The notes beneath the pieces are model-generated. The model searched no databases and had not been told where the DNA came from. It saw only the letters and a program-made list of their open reading frames with translations. A stretch of 64,000 nucleotides of DNA from Macrostomum lignano. Its lineage: Eukaryota. The stretch spans positions 43,648-107,647 of the forward strand of contig NIVC01000787.1 of NCBI GenBank assembly GCA_002269645.1, read 5' to 3'. The translations under genes and the position numbers were made by a program. Below are positions 50,001-61,242 of the stretch, piece by piece. The number at the start of each line of letters is the position of its first letter. Positions within the stretch are counted from its first letter, which is position 1.

Positions 50001-53000
50001 ATCAAGCCGGCCCGCAAAGCCCAATTCATCAGCTTTGAATCCTCGCAGCGACATCAGCCGATCTAGGTAAGTCCCAGCCAGAGCTTTCAACACTGGCACG
50101 CCCAACCGTAGCCTAGGATCGGCTAGCACGCTAACAACGCCGCTAGCGTCTATAATACTCGTATCGGCGTCTTGGTCGGCGCAGTCGGCTAGCGCCGCTT
50201 CCAGTCGCCACAGGCAGTCGACAAGATCGCGAGCCTCGCCTAGGAGACGGCCGGCCTCGCGTCGGCAGTCTTGCAGATCCTGCAGCCAGAGGTCGCGATC
50301 CAGTTGGACGCAGGAGCGATCGCGTAGCAGAGCTAAGCAGAGCTCGCTCAGCTCAGACTCGAGAGACTCAACCTGAAGTCCCGAGGCCAGCAGACCGGCA
50401 AGCCGAGACGCTTCGTCAACGGAGATTTCGTTGCCATCCGATTCGAATTCGATAGCAGCTCGAAGACGCGAGTTGAGCTCACGTATAGCGCGCAATTGAC
50501 GCGCTTCGCGTTGTTCAGCATCTGCATTTGCGCGCTTCAGCTGCTGCTGCCGCTGCTGTTGCTGCTGCCGACGCGCCCGATTGACTTGGACAAGACAGTG
50601 GGCAATCTCGCGATGGGTCAACCAGCGACCGTTGTCATGGCAACCGTCATCGGCATTGGAGAAGCCGGTAGACTCGGCAATTAATTGTTGAGCATATTGG
50701 CTGATAGCTTCGGCCGATACTGAGTCGAAATTGAGCTCGGGCTCGCGCAGAGCTGCCAGCAGCCGCTCGGAGCCACCGTCACCATGGCGACAGTACCGAC
50801 CGAGTGCATCGTTGACGGCGCCGACCTGCGACACAGGGAGAGAGAATCGAAAAGAGAACCGGCGTTATTTGGTGATGTTGCGAGGTTATAGACTGAAGAA
50901 AGTGAATGGAAGCTTGAAGACTGAAGAACGCAATTAGATTGCCCGAGCCCGAAGCGCCCAAGGATCACCTGAGACATCTGATAAAAAACCTAAAGCCAAA
51001 CCTGCAACTGAAAGCCTAAGCAACAAAATTTATATTCTAAGATTAAAGAGAATAGCCTGGAAATTAAACGCATTTGCCTAATGATCAAACGTACGACTCG
51101 TATTTGTCTGTAGATCAAGGGGATTTGCCTAATGATCAAACGGAATAGTCTGTAGGTCAAACGGATTAGCCTAATGATCAAACGGATTAGTCTGTAGATA
51201 AAATGGATTTGCCTAACTATCGAACAGTTTAGTCTAATGATCAAAACGGATTAGCCTAAAGATCAAACGGATTTGCCTAACTATCGAACAGTTTAGTCTA
51301 ATGATCAAAACGGATTAGCCTAAAGATCAAACGGATTAGCCTAAAGATCAAACGGATTAGCCTAACTATCAAACAGTTTAGTCTAATGATCAAACGGATT
51401 TGCCTAACTATCGAACAGTTTAGTCTAATGATCAAACGGATTAGCCTAAAGATCAAACGGATTAGCCTAAGTATCGAACGGATTAGTCTAATGATCAAAA
51501 CGGATTAGCTTAATGATTAAACGGATTAGCCTAATAATCAATTGAATTAGTCTAATGATCAATCGGATTAGCCTAAAAATCAAATAGATTAGCCTAAAGA
51601 TTAAACGGATTAGCCTAAAGAAGATCGAACAGATCAGACTAAAAACCCTAAACCCATGCATAAGCCAATAGAAACCATAGTCAGACAAGCAGAGAGAGGA
51701 CTAGCTGACAAGATGCATTACACACATATACATCCGCACACTATACACAAACCTTGTTAACAATAAACACGAGCAGCTCGAGCTCCTCTCTAGTAAGATC
51801 GGCCCCCTTCTCCAGCCGAGCGGAGCGCAATTCGCTTCTGTACACGCGTCTACCACGCGGATCCTCCGACCAGAGCAGCGTCGGCAAACCGGCGGATCGA
51901 CGCGACAATAGCGACGCCGTTAAATTGTCGGCCTCAACAGCGGCGTCTGTATCAACATCGTCAGCGGAAGGATTCAATAGGGACGCGTTGATAGCGTCAA
52001 TGGATTGGATAGTTTCGCGTTCGCGTTCCCAGCTGCGGTTGCCCTTGACAACGCAGCTAGTCAGAGCGGCCATGTCCAACGATTTGGGGGCCGCTGGCGA
52101 GGCAGGCGATCGAGGCGATTGGGGAGGCTTACCGTGATGCTGACGCTGCCGCTTGAATGCCTGTCGTATTGGGAAGTATTGGATACGCTTGCATTATATA
52201 TTTAAATCTGAAATTATCAGACGATCTAAAGAACTAAAAAAGGGCAGCCTGAAGAATCGATGGGGAAGCCTAAAAATCGATGGGACAGCCTGAAGAATCG
52301 GTGGAACATCCTGGAACATCCTGAAGAATCGGTGGAATAGCCTGAAGAATCGGTGGGGCAGCCTGAAGAATCGGTGGAACAGCCTGAAGAATCGGTGGAA
52401 CATCCAGAAGAATCGGTGGAACAGCCTGAAGAATCGGTGGAACAGCCTGAAGAATCGGTGGAACAGCCTGAAGAATCGGTGGGACAGCCTGAAGAATCGG
52501 TGGGGCAGCCTGAAGAATCGGTGGAACAGCCTGAAGAATCGGTGGGACAGCCTGAAGAATCGGTGGGGCAGCCTGAAGAATCGGTGGGACAGCCTGAAGA
52601 ATCGGTAACAGCCTGAAGAATCGGTGGAACAGCCGAAGAATCGGTGGAACAGCCTGAAGAATCGGTGGGGCAGCCTGAAGAATCGGTGGGACAGCCTGAA
52701 GAATCGGTGGGGCAGCCTGAAGAATCGGTGGAACAGCCTGAAGAATCGGTGGGGCAGCCTGAAGAATCGGTGGGACAGCCTGAAGAATCGGTGGGGCAGC
52801 CTGAAGAATCGGTGGGACAGCCTGAAGAATCGGTAACAGCCTGAAGAATCGGTGGAACAGCCCGAAGAATCGGTGGAACAGCCTGAAGAATCGGTGGGGC
52901 AGCCTGAAGAATCGGTGGGACAGCCTGAAGAATCGGTGGGGCAGCCTGAAGAATCGGTAACAGCCTGAAGAATCGGTGGGGCAGCCTGAAGAATCGGTGG

Positions 53001-55923
53001 GACAGCCTGAAGAATCGGTGGGGCAGCCTGAAGAATCGGTGGGACAGCCTGAAGAATCGGTGGGGCAGCCTGAAGAATCGGTAACAGCCTGAAGAATCGG
53101 TGGGACAGCCTGAAGAATCGGTGGGACAGCCTGAAGAATCGGTGGGGCAGCCTGAAGAATCGGTAACAGCCTGAAGAATCGGTGGAACAGCCTGAAGAAT
53201 CGGTGGGGCAGCCTGAAGAATCGGTGGGACAGCCTGAAGAATCGGTGGGACAGCCTGAAGAATCGGTGGGGCAGCCTGAAGAATCGGTAGAACAGCCTGA
53301 AGAATCGGTGGGACAGCCTGAAGAATCGGTGGAACAGCCTGAAGAATCGGTGGGGCAGCCTGAAGAATCGGTGGGGCAGCCTGAAGAATCGGTGGGACAG
53401 CCTGAAGAATCGGTGGGGCAGCCTGAAGAATCGGTGGGGCAGCCTGAAGAATCGGTGGAACAGCCCGAAGAATCGGTGGAACAGCCTGAAGAATCGGTGG
53501 GGCAGCCTGAAGAATCGGTGGGACAGCCTGAAGAATCGGTGGGGCAGCCTGAAGAATCGGTGGAACAGCCTGAAGAATCGGTGGGGCAGCCTGAAGAATC
53601 GGTGGGACAGCCTGAAGAATCGGTGGGGCAGCCTGAAGAATCGGTGGGACAGCCTGAAGAATCGGTGGGACAGCCTGAAGAATCGGTGGGACAGCCTGAA
53701 GAATCGGTGGGGCAGCCTGAAGAATCGGTAACAGCCTGAAGAATCGGTGGAACAGCCTGAAGAATCGGTGGGGCAGCCCGAAAAATCAGAGAGACAAAGA
53801 ATTAATAATAAAAAGCACTGACCAGCAGAGCAGACAGGTAGTGCTGTGCGCCCTCAGCTCGCACGGGCAGTGCCGGGCACTGGGTAACCAACAGGTGTAA
53901 CAGTCGGTCCGCCTGGCCTCGCTGAACGGCCTCTTCGATGGCTTTGAAGTCGACCTGGGAGACGTTGCTATCCGATGGCATGTTCTCTTTGTTCTCTTCA
54001 CCAAGGATGTCATCGCCAATGCTGCGGAATTTGCTCATCTGGAGCAGCGGGTTTTATTGGAGAACGTTTATAAGGTTTATAAGGAGAAGCTCATACAAAA
54101 TTATTGAGTCATATAAGCATTGCCATTGAGTCATAACGCAATCATTGAGGTAGAGTCATACAGCAATGATTGAGGTTGAGTCATACAGCAATCATTGAGG
54201 TTGAGTCATACAGCAATCATTGAGCTTGAGTCATACAGCAATCATTGAGGTTGAGTCATACAGCAGTAATTTTTTGGTAGGGTCATACAGTATTCACTGA
54301 GTCATACAGAAATCATGGTCATTGGGTCATACAGCATCTATTGAGTCACACAGCATCCATTGAGTCACACAAAAATCATGGTCATTGGGTCATACAGCAT
54401 CTATTGAGTAACACAAAAATCATGGTCATTGGGTCATACAGCATCTATTGAGTCACACAAAAATCATGGTCATTGGGTCATACAGCATCTATTGAGTCAC
54501 ACAAAAATCATGGTCATTGGGTCATACAGCATCTATTGAGTCACACAGCATCCATTGAGTCACACAAAAATCATGGTCATTGGGTCATACAGCATCTATT
54601 GAGTCACACAAAAATCATGGTCATTGGGTCATACAGCATCTATTGAGTCACACAAAAATCATGGTCATTGGGTCATACAGCATCCATTGAGTCACACAAA
54701 AATCATGGTCATTGGGTCATACAGCATCTATTGAGTCACACAAAAATCATGGTCATTGGGTCATACAGCATCTATTGAGTCACACGAAAATCATGGTCAT
54801 TGGGTCATACAGCATCCATTGAGTCACACAAAAATCATGGTCATTGGGTCATACAGCATCCATTGAGTCACACAAAAATCATGGTCATTGGGTCATACAG
54901 CATCCATTGAGTCACACAAAAATCATGGTCATTGGGTCATACAGCATCTATTGAGTCACACAAAAATCATGGTCATTGGGTCATACAGCATCTATTGAGT
55001 CACACGAAAATCATGGTCATTGGGTCATACAGCATCTATTGAGTCACACAAAAATCATGGTCATTGGGTCATACAGCATCCATTGAGTCACACAAAAATC
55101 ATGGTCATTGGGTCATACAGCATCCATTGGGTCACACAAAAATCATGGTCATTGGGTCATACAGCATCCATTGAGTCACACAAAAATCATGGTCATTGGG
55201 TCATACAGCATCTATCGAGTCATACAGAAACCATGGTAATTCGGTCATAACTCAATCATTGGCTTGCTGTCACTGGGTCAAACAGCAATAATTACAAACT
55301 ATTATAACCCTCACCTGATCCGCATTGATACTCTTAGTCACGGCGCTCAACTCAGCCTCAGTAAAGGTGACTTTCCCATACAGATCTTCAATTCGAGCTG
55401 CTCGACCGCTTCTAAACAGAAAAGCGCCCAAAGCGTGCAAGCAATAAACCAGCTTAGGCATATTTCTTCCATCGTAAATATCCGTAGTCTCAGGCCAATA
55501 ATTCCTTGGCAATCCAATATGCTGCAGAGCCTTTAGAAAATGATTAATATTATCGGTATGCCGGAAGTCCAGTCCTCTAGCTAGAAACCGGTCCTGACGC
55601 GGATCGAATATAGATTTTATAGGCACTAGGCGAGGCGCGAACGCGTTAGCCAGCTTAGCTAATGCTACGCCATTCTGCAGACAGGCTTCCAGCTGTTCGC
55701 CAGCTGGCGGCAGGCTCTCACTGATGCAGGCCTCTAGCCAGACTCGGGCCTCCTCTAGCCGGCACAGATACTGATAAGCCAGCTGAGATCGGCGCCGTTC
55801 GTCCATCTCTTCGGCTGATAGGCGAACGCCTGCGGAAGACAGTTCGTTAGCTAACTGGGCGGTGGCATTAGCATTAGCCGTGGCCATTGCCTGAGTAGCA
55901 GCCGATGCTTTTGGCGTGTCCAT
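41099..55923 (-). CDS. IQGAP: IQGAP-family scaffold (CH, IQ, RasGAP-related and RasGAP_C domains); exons 55923-55315, 54038-53823, 52160-51753, 50825-49998, 47710-47261, 46838-46432, 45650-45347, 44844-44695, 44498-44268, 43866-43522, 42798-42137, 41504-41099
   Basis: CH domain AYQYLCRLEEARVW...LDFRHTDNIN...PETTDIYDGRNMPKLVYCLHAL. IQ motifs LQAAMRGFLVR and IQAWWRGCRVR. GRD segments KIELYQQLVHLLQTQPVYL and RFISPMLASPE. C-terminal KYTAAELHKRGIV...LLRLQHEG...VNVNLLLHLINKKFY. All hand-checked junctions are GT-AG and phase-compatible. Confidence 0.93.
41612..42120 (+). repeat. (GAGT/GAAT)n microsatellite in IQGAP intron 11
   Basis: Directly visible tetranucleotide array. Confidence 0.95.
42865..43500 (+). 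repeat. 22-bp minisatellite in IQGAP intron 10
   Basis: (GTCAGCTGTGAACAGACTACCT)n, about 28 copies. Confidence 0.95.
43960..44215 (+). repeat. Degenerate GAGTGAGACAGGGGTGAGATT-type repeat in IQGAP intron 9
   Basis: Recurring GTGAGAT/GAGTGAGAC motifs with roughly 22-bp spacing. Confidence 0.6.
44533..44670 (+). repeat. 25-bp minisatellite in IQGAP intron 8
   Basis: (AATGGCGATTCTCATGGGGAGGGTA) x5. Confidence 0.92.
44870..45315 (+). repeat. 42-bp minisatellite in IQGAP intron 7
   Basis: (TACTGAAAGTAGCTGATTATTGAGTGGCTATTCTAGCTACAC)n, about 10 copies. Confidence 0.95.
45680..45949 (-). mobile_element. tRNA-derived SINE in IQGAP intron 6
   Basis: Minus-strand head GGTAGCCGTAGCCTAGTGGTCTAGG (A box) ... 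GGTTCGATTCC (B box). The 3' region has a perfect hairpin GTGACACTTT-CGTTC-AAAGTGTCAC. Confidence 0.7.
45952..46410 (+). repeat. 38-bp minisatellite in IQGAP intron 6
   Basis: (ATCACGTGACTAAAAGAGCTGAGGCTATAAAAATGAAG)n, about 12 copies; each unit carries a CACGTG E-box. Confidence 0.93.
46865..47180 (+). repeat. Diverged tandem repeat of about 145 bp in IQGAP intron 5
   Basis: TTTCGATACATATCG recurs at about 46868, 47012 and 47158, with homologous intervening sequence. Confidence 0.7.
47845..49930 (+). repeat. 32/34-bp minisatellite in IQGAP intron 4
   Basis: (CGATACTTCAGGAACCGCTCCTACAACCCCTCAC)n, about 62 copies; source of the 712-, 518- and 350-aa ORFs. Confidence 0.97.
51050..51630 (+). 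repeat. 21-bp minisatellite in IQGAP intron 3
   Basis: (AAACGGATTAGCCTAAAGATC)n variants. Confidence 0.9.
52245..53785 (+). repeat. 21-bp minisatellite in IQGAP intron 2
   Basis: (CAGCCTGAAGAATCGGTGGGA)n, about 72 copies; source of the QPEESVG ORFs. Confidence 0.97.
54130..55250 (+). repeat. 44-bp minisatellite in IQGAP intron 1
   Basis: (CACAAAAATCATGGTCATTGGGTCATACAGCATCTATTGAGTCA)n, about 20 copies plus a degenerate shorter-period edge. Confidence 0.95.
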
Positions 55924-56054
55924 CAGTTATTAATTTGCAATTTATCTTTTTTGTTTCAATAATAAATTAATTGGGGTGGACAAGCTCATGAATCGATTTT
56001 GTTAGCAGAGGTAGTTAGTTTATTACAGTGCAATATGCTACCCGAATGAGCATG

Positions 56055-56225
56055 CACGAGGTTGCAGCCTAGTGGTCAGAGCATCGGACTCGTGACTTGA
56101 AGGTCGGGGGTTCGATTCCAGATCCCGCTGGAAAAAAATTGTCCTTGAGCAAGACGCTCAACTCTGCATTGCTTCAGTTCACCCAGCTGTAAAATTGGCA
56201 CCAGGATTAGCTGGGGTACTTGGAC
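56055..56225 (+). mobile_element. tRNA-derived SINE with CORE-like central domain
   Basis: A box CCTAGTGGTCAGAGC and B box GGTTCGATTCC, then TGTCCTTGAGCAAGAC...CTCAACTCTGCATTGCTTCAGTTCACCCAGCTGTAAAATTGG, which resembles the CORE/MIR domain. Confidence 0.7.
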
Positions 56226-56449
56226 TGAACTTAACAGCTACATACAGCCATCAGATGTGCGACACAATAACTGTAGTAGATCTACATGCAAGCATACACT
56301 TCACTAGAATGTCAACTATTCTAATCATGATTCTAAAAAGTAAATCAAACTTGATTGTGACATTGGCTTTGCAAACTGATTTTGTATATTTTGGTTGGCT
56401 ACATTGAATGTAATCAATTTTTTATTGTTTGATCTATTTAGGCCAGGGC

Positions 56450-56775
56450 TAGGGTTTAGCTAACTTTGGCCTCTATACCTAGCTAGGATTTGCTGGATTT
56501 TTTAAGCTTCACAATAGCAATCCAGCCTAGTTAAGCTTTGTTGTTTCTTCTTAGTTCTTTTCTCTCCAATCTGCTTTCTTTTTGCTCTCATATGCTTTTA
56601 GCTCTCACTTCTTTCCTCTTCTCTTCCTTCTTCTCTTTTCTATTTAATATTTTTCCTTGTCTTCTTTTTTCTCCTTTATTCCTTTGCTTCCTTACTCTCT
56701 GCCTTTTCTCCTTTTCACTGGCCCCTAGTCAAATGCAAATCTGGCCTATAAGATAAAAAAGTTTGCCAACCTTTG
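56450..56775 (-). mobile_element. hAT Charlie-like MITE with purine tract (same family as 10330-10695)
   Basis: On the minus strand it starts CAAAGGTTGGCAAACTTTT, then a purine tract, GGATTGCTATTGTGAAG, and ends GGCCAAAGTTAGCTAAACCCTA. No TSD seen. Confidence 0.55.
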
Positions 56776-59700
56776 ATTTAAACCAACATGCAAGTCAACA
56801 ACAACAAAGTCTATATTAGATATTTGAAATAATGACTATTAAAATCTTGTTACAACATTGGCTGATTTAGTTTGAATGATCTTTCAAAGATAGCACATAG
56901 TAAAAAAATTAATTCTATATAATAAAAAGTATTTTTAAAAAGGTATTTAATTTATTAGTTGATAATACTTTATTCTTGACTTTAAAATATGCAGCTATCT
57001 AATAGCTTTGTATCTAAAAAAGGCTTTAAAGTTGAAGAATAATAATCCTGTTTTTATTGGGGGTCTAGAAAAAAATTATTAAGCTTAGGCCTTAGATGAA
57101 TTAGAAAGCTTGGTAATGCAATAAAAAATAGACAAATAGCCTGACAATATCAATCTAGCTTGGTGAAAAACAAAAAGCAATCTAACACTTTAATGATTAG
57201 GGCCTATTGGCAAACAAATTGGATTTCATTTCAAGATGGTATATATGAAAAAGATAGAAAAATTCCTTTGTTATTTTGTTTTTCTAGAAAAACCTAAAAG
57301 AAACAAGGTCTACTATTTTTCAAATATTATATAGTAGGCCTAGGCCCTAGGGCTAGGCCTATATCTCACATTGTATATTATCATTTTATAAAGATTTAAT
57401 CTTTCAACATAATAATTAAGCTTTGTATATTCCTATGTCAATCTAATTTTCTGAATCATTAATGCCAATAATAGAATTTAATATTACTTGAATAATAGTA
57501 ACCATTTTGTAATAGTAATAGCCACTTTTAATAATAACCAATGGCAATAGGTATCTGCAAAAACTAGCTTAGGCCTAGCCTTAGGTAGGCTTAAAATGAA
57601 TGGGGATTGCAAAAAATATTCTAGTTATTTTTCTATAGCCAATGCTTTTTTATTTTTTATAGTAAATATAATTTAATATTATATTGTATTATTAAATAAA
57701 TAAAACAAATAGTTTCTGAAAAGGAGCCATAGCCCATAGTTTGGGAGATGACATATATTGCTAGTGTTTTTTTATACAGTAACTGGAAATATACCTTATA
57801 AATAGTTATCTTATCAAAGACTGCTCAATATTTGTTGCTATATCTTTTATTTTCATAATGATTTTAAACTAACTAAAGTGAGCAGATAGAATTTAGGTGT
57901 GATTTATATATGTTTATAGCCTAGCATTTTTTATTAGCTTATAGTATTAGTACTATAATTAATAGAGTATTGAAGGGTGTTTCAAAATAAACAAATGAGA
58001 ATATGACATTTGCCTTCAAAAAGATATTTGTGGTCAAATGTAACTGGAAAATAACTATAAGTACTATACAATAGATAAAAGATAATAAAACTAGTCTTTA
58101 TTTTTGTTACTGTGTAAATAACAATATTCCTAAAGGGTCCTAAAGTGTCCTAAAGTGTCCTAAAGGGTTAAAAGTTGGACCAAAAGTAAATTTCGTGTTA
58201 ATTTCAGTCCAAAATCGAACCAACAGCTTGCAAAATGTCGGCGTTGCGTCCCAGCGGGATTTAATCCGGTATTTGATCCAGTTAGATCCGTCTCAAACAG
58301 TGGAGAAACGAGTGGAAGAAATACTGGATTAATTTCCGGACGAAAAAACTACTCTTGTCCAGGGGTCATCCGAATTATGCTCCGGGTTTTGTCCAATTTT
58401 TGTTAGAAAATCGACCGGATAAATTTCCAGGTGAAAAACTGGACAAAAGACGTTTGCAAAAAACTTTTTATCCGGTTTTGGTCCGGAGGATCCTCCGAAT
58501 TTTGATCTGGACTGTACAACCAGATAAAATCCGGATGAAATTTAGCTTGATCCGGAAAAACCGCTAAAACCGGACAATTCCGGACCAAAACTGGGTGTTT
58601 GGGCCAGGCGGGGAAGGCCTGCTATTTATTTGGTAATGTGCAAATAACGATTTGCCTATATCTATACACCAAGACAAACCAAGCATTTAGTAAGGCCAAG
58701 GGTAGGCCTACTTGCCATTTTAGCATATATATGAGGTCTTATACTTTTTCCCTCACCAGACCTAGCATATGCTAATACATGATCCAAATCCAAACTATAT
58801 AAAGGGAGCAATGTGTTTTAATAGCTTGGGAGATATCCAAAAATGCTAAAATTAGCTTTTTATATAGAGAAGTATGAAAACAATATCTAGTAAAATGTAG
58901 AATCTGTAGCAGAAACAGAAAAGAATAGCACAACAACATGCATAGGCCTAATCCACAGTAGAATGGTAAATTGCAGAATCAACTGCAAAATCTACTAGCT
59001 TGAAATAAAATACAAATAGCAAATATAAATATAGGAATCAAAATTTATCATTTTAAAGCTTTAAAGCTTTAGAGCATTTTAAAGCTATGTCTATAGCAGT
59101 GTAACCATATGAAAAGATATATAGACCTAAGAAATTTTAGTATGATTCTATATAAGACAAACTGAACTAGAAATAGCAATATCTATTAGGCCTAGGTCTA
59201 CTCAAAATAGTAAATATATAGGTTCTCTTGTGAATAATAATATGGCTAATACTGAAGTGTTAAATTTTAAAGGCTTTATAGTTATAAGATGTGGAAAATG
59301 TGGAATTGGAATGGAATAGCTCAGTAAAAAGCAGAATCTATAGCAAAATGGTAAAATGCAGAATGAACTATGGATTCCACTAACTTTAAGTAAAATGCGA
59401 ATGCAGGGTAGCTAAAGTGCAGTATGAATTAGGCCTATATATATAATCTTAGGCAATGCTTATCCCTAAGGTACCGTAGGAATAATTTCTGTCTTATTCC
59501 AATGGTACTGTGGGAATAATTTTCTGCTTATTGACATAGCACACTGATGACTTGCTGCTCCTTTCTTCTATATATATGCCTCACAGAATAATTTAGTTTG
59601 TAATTTCTGTAATTTCTGTCTTATTCCAATGGTACTATGGGATTAATTTTCTGCTTATCCATATAGCACACTAATGAGTTGCTGCTCCTATCTTCTATAC

Positions 59701-59936
59701 ATAGGTTCTTGGACACTTCGTCATCTAAAAACTTCATCATCTTGATGACGAAGTGACCATGGTTTTTGGGTGCTTTGTCATATCAAATTTTTTTAGTAAA
59801 TCTAGATGACGAAGTGACTAAATTTTGAGGACACTTTGTCATCCCAAGATTTAGCAATGCTATAAATTGATATTTGATTGTTATTGTTATAAATTGTTAC
59901 TCAATCAATTTAGTCTATAAAATATAGGATTGAATA

Positions 59937-61242
59937 TGAGGGGCATTCAATAAGTTTCTGGACCATAAGAGCCAGCGTACTCTAGGCTGCTCAAAATGTA
60001 CTCACATGAAAAATGTACATCTCCTGAGATTTGACATAAAATATAAAGGGTACACAATAAACCTGAATCTCACAACTTCACTTCAAATTCACCTATCACC
60101 TCCAACTTCAAGTATCTATTATGGAACTATCATGCATCCACTGGAGAGTGATGATTTTTTACAATTACAAATGTGGTCTGAACCAGTCCCAAAGCTTAGA
60201 ACAGCTTTGCCTAGCCTTTGGGGATACTGCACCCTTGAGAACAACCATCTTTGACTAGTTTGCGGAATTTTGTCGGGGCCAAGTATTGCTCAAAGACGAG
60301 GCTCGCGAAGGACGACCTCCCGAGTTTGACCATTCAGGAAGCAGTGGCTGCAGTGCAGGCCCTGGTTGAGGAAGACCTGCAATTGATAGTGCAACAGCTA
60401 GCCACTGCTGTGGGCATTTCATTGGGAAGCACCTCAACCATCCTACATGAAAGGCTTGGCCTCAGCAAGGTGTCCGCATGCTAGATGCCTCATCACCTGA
60501 CCCAAGAGCAAAAACAGGCCCGGATCGATTGGTGCCATTTAATGCTCAAAACATTCGACGATGGAAGATCAACAAGCTCCTGGGACATCATCAGTGGTGA
60601 TGAAACCTAGGTGTACTGTTTTGACCCGGAGAGCAAGTAGCAGTCGGCCCAGTGGACCCCCATTGGCAGCCCGCCACCTTCAAAGCTGGTGCCGTCGCGA
60701 AGCGTCGCCAAGTAGATGGTGGCTGTTTTTGTGGCTTGCAGTGGTCCATAGCCATGATTCCGCTGGTAACACAGCGGATAGTGACTGCAGGCTATTATGT
60801 AACTGATTGTATGCCCCAGGTGCTGCAATCCATCACTGAGAAGCACCCAAGGACTCGCCATCGCGGGTTGCTACTCCATTAGGACAACACCCTGGCTCAC
60901 ACTGCAACTAACTGTGGAGTTCATGGAGCAGAATCGCGTCCAACTGCTTCAGCACCCACCCTACAGCCCCAACTTAGCACTATGTGACTTCTTTGTGTTC
61001 CCACAATTCAAGCGCCTGCTTAAGGGAGTCCAATTTGCATTGCCAGAACAGGCTGTCGAGGCCTTCCAAAGTCACCTATTTGACATCCCTCAGTCAGAGT
61101 GGGCTGGCTGCTTTGCTACTTGGTTTGAAAGGATGAGAAAGTGCAATGAAGCTGCTAGAGAATACTTCAAAAAGGCCTGACATTTATCTTCCCTCTGACG
61201 CTTTTCATTTCTGTGCATCCAGAAACTTATTGAACGCCCTCA
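59937..61242 (+). mobile_element. Mariner transposon (DD34D type), decayed
   Basis: TIRs TGAGGGGCATTCAATAAGTTTCTGGA / TCCAGAAACTTATTGAACGCCCTCA with a TA duplication. Transposase remnants ILHERLGLSKVSA, ISGDET, LLH*DN and HPPYSPNLALCDFFVFPQFK carry multiple stops and frameshifts. Confidence 0.93.

Noticed and set aside
52353-53739. QPEESVG repeat ORFs resembling a surface antigen
   Set aside because: 21-bp intronic minisatellite, antisense within IQGAP intron 2, broken by frameshifting unit variants.
56055-56130. tRNA gene
   Set aside because: Has A and B boxes but no well-paired acceptor stem, and continues into a CORE-like body, so it is treated as a SINE. The same reasoning applies to 45880-45949.
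58130-58605. TCCGGA-rich island that may be a MITE (CCCAG...CTGGG)
   Set aside because: The TIR match is too short and no TSD is seen.
59540-59560. CTGATGA hammerhead-ribozyme core
   Set aside because: No flanking helices or correctly placed GAAA; part of the foldback element's internal repeat.
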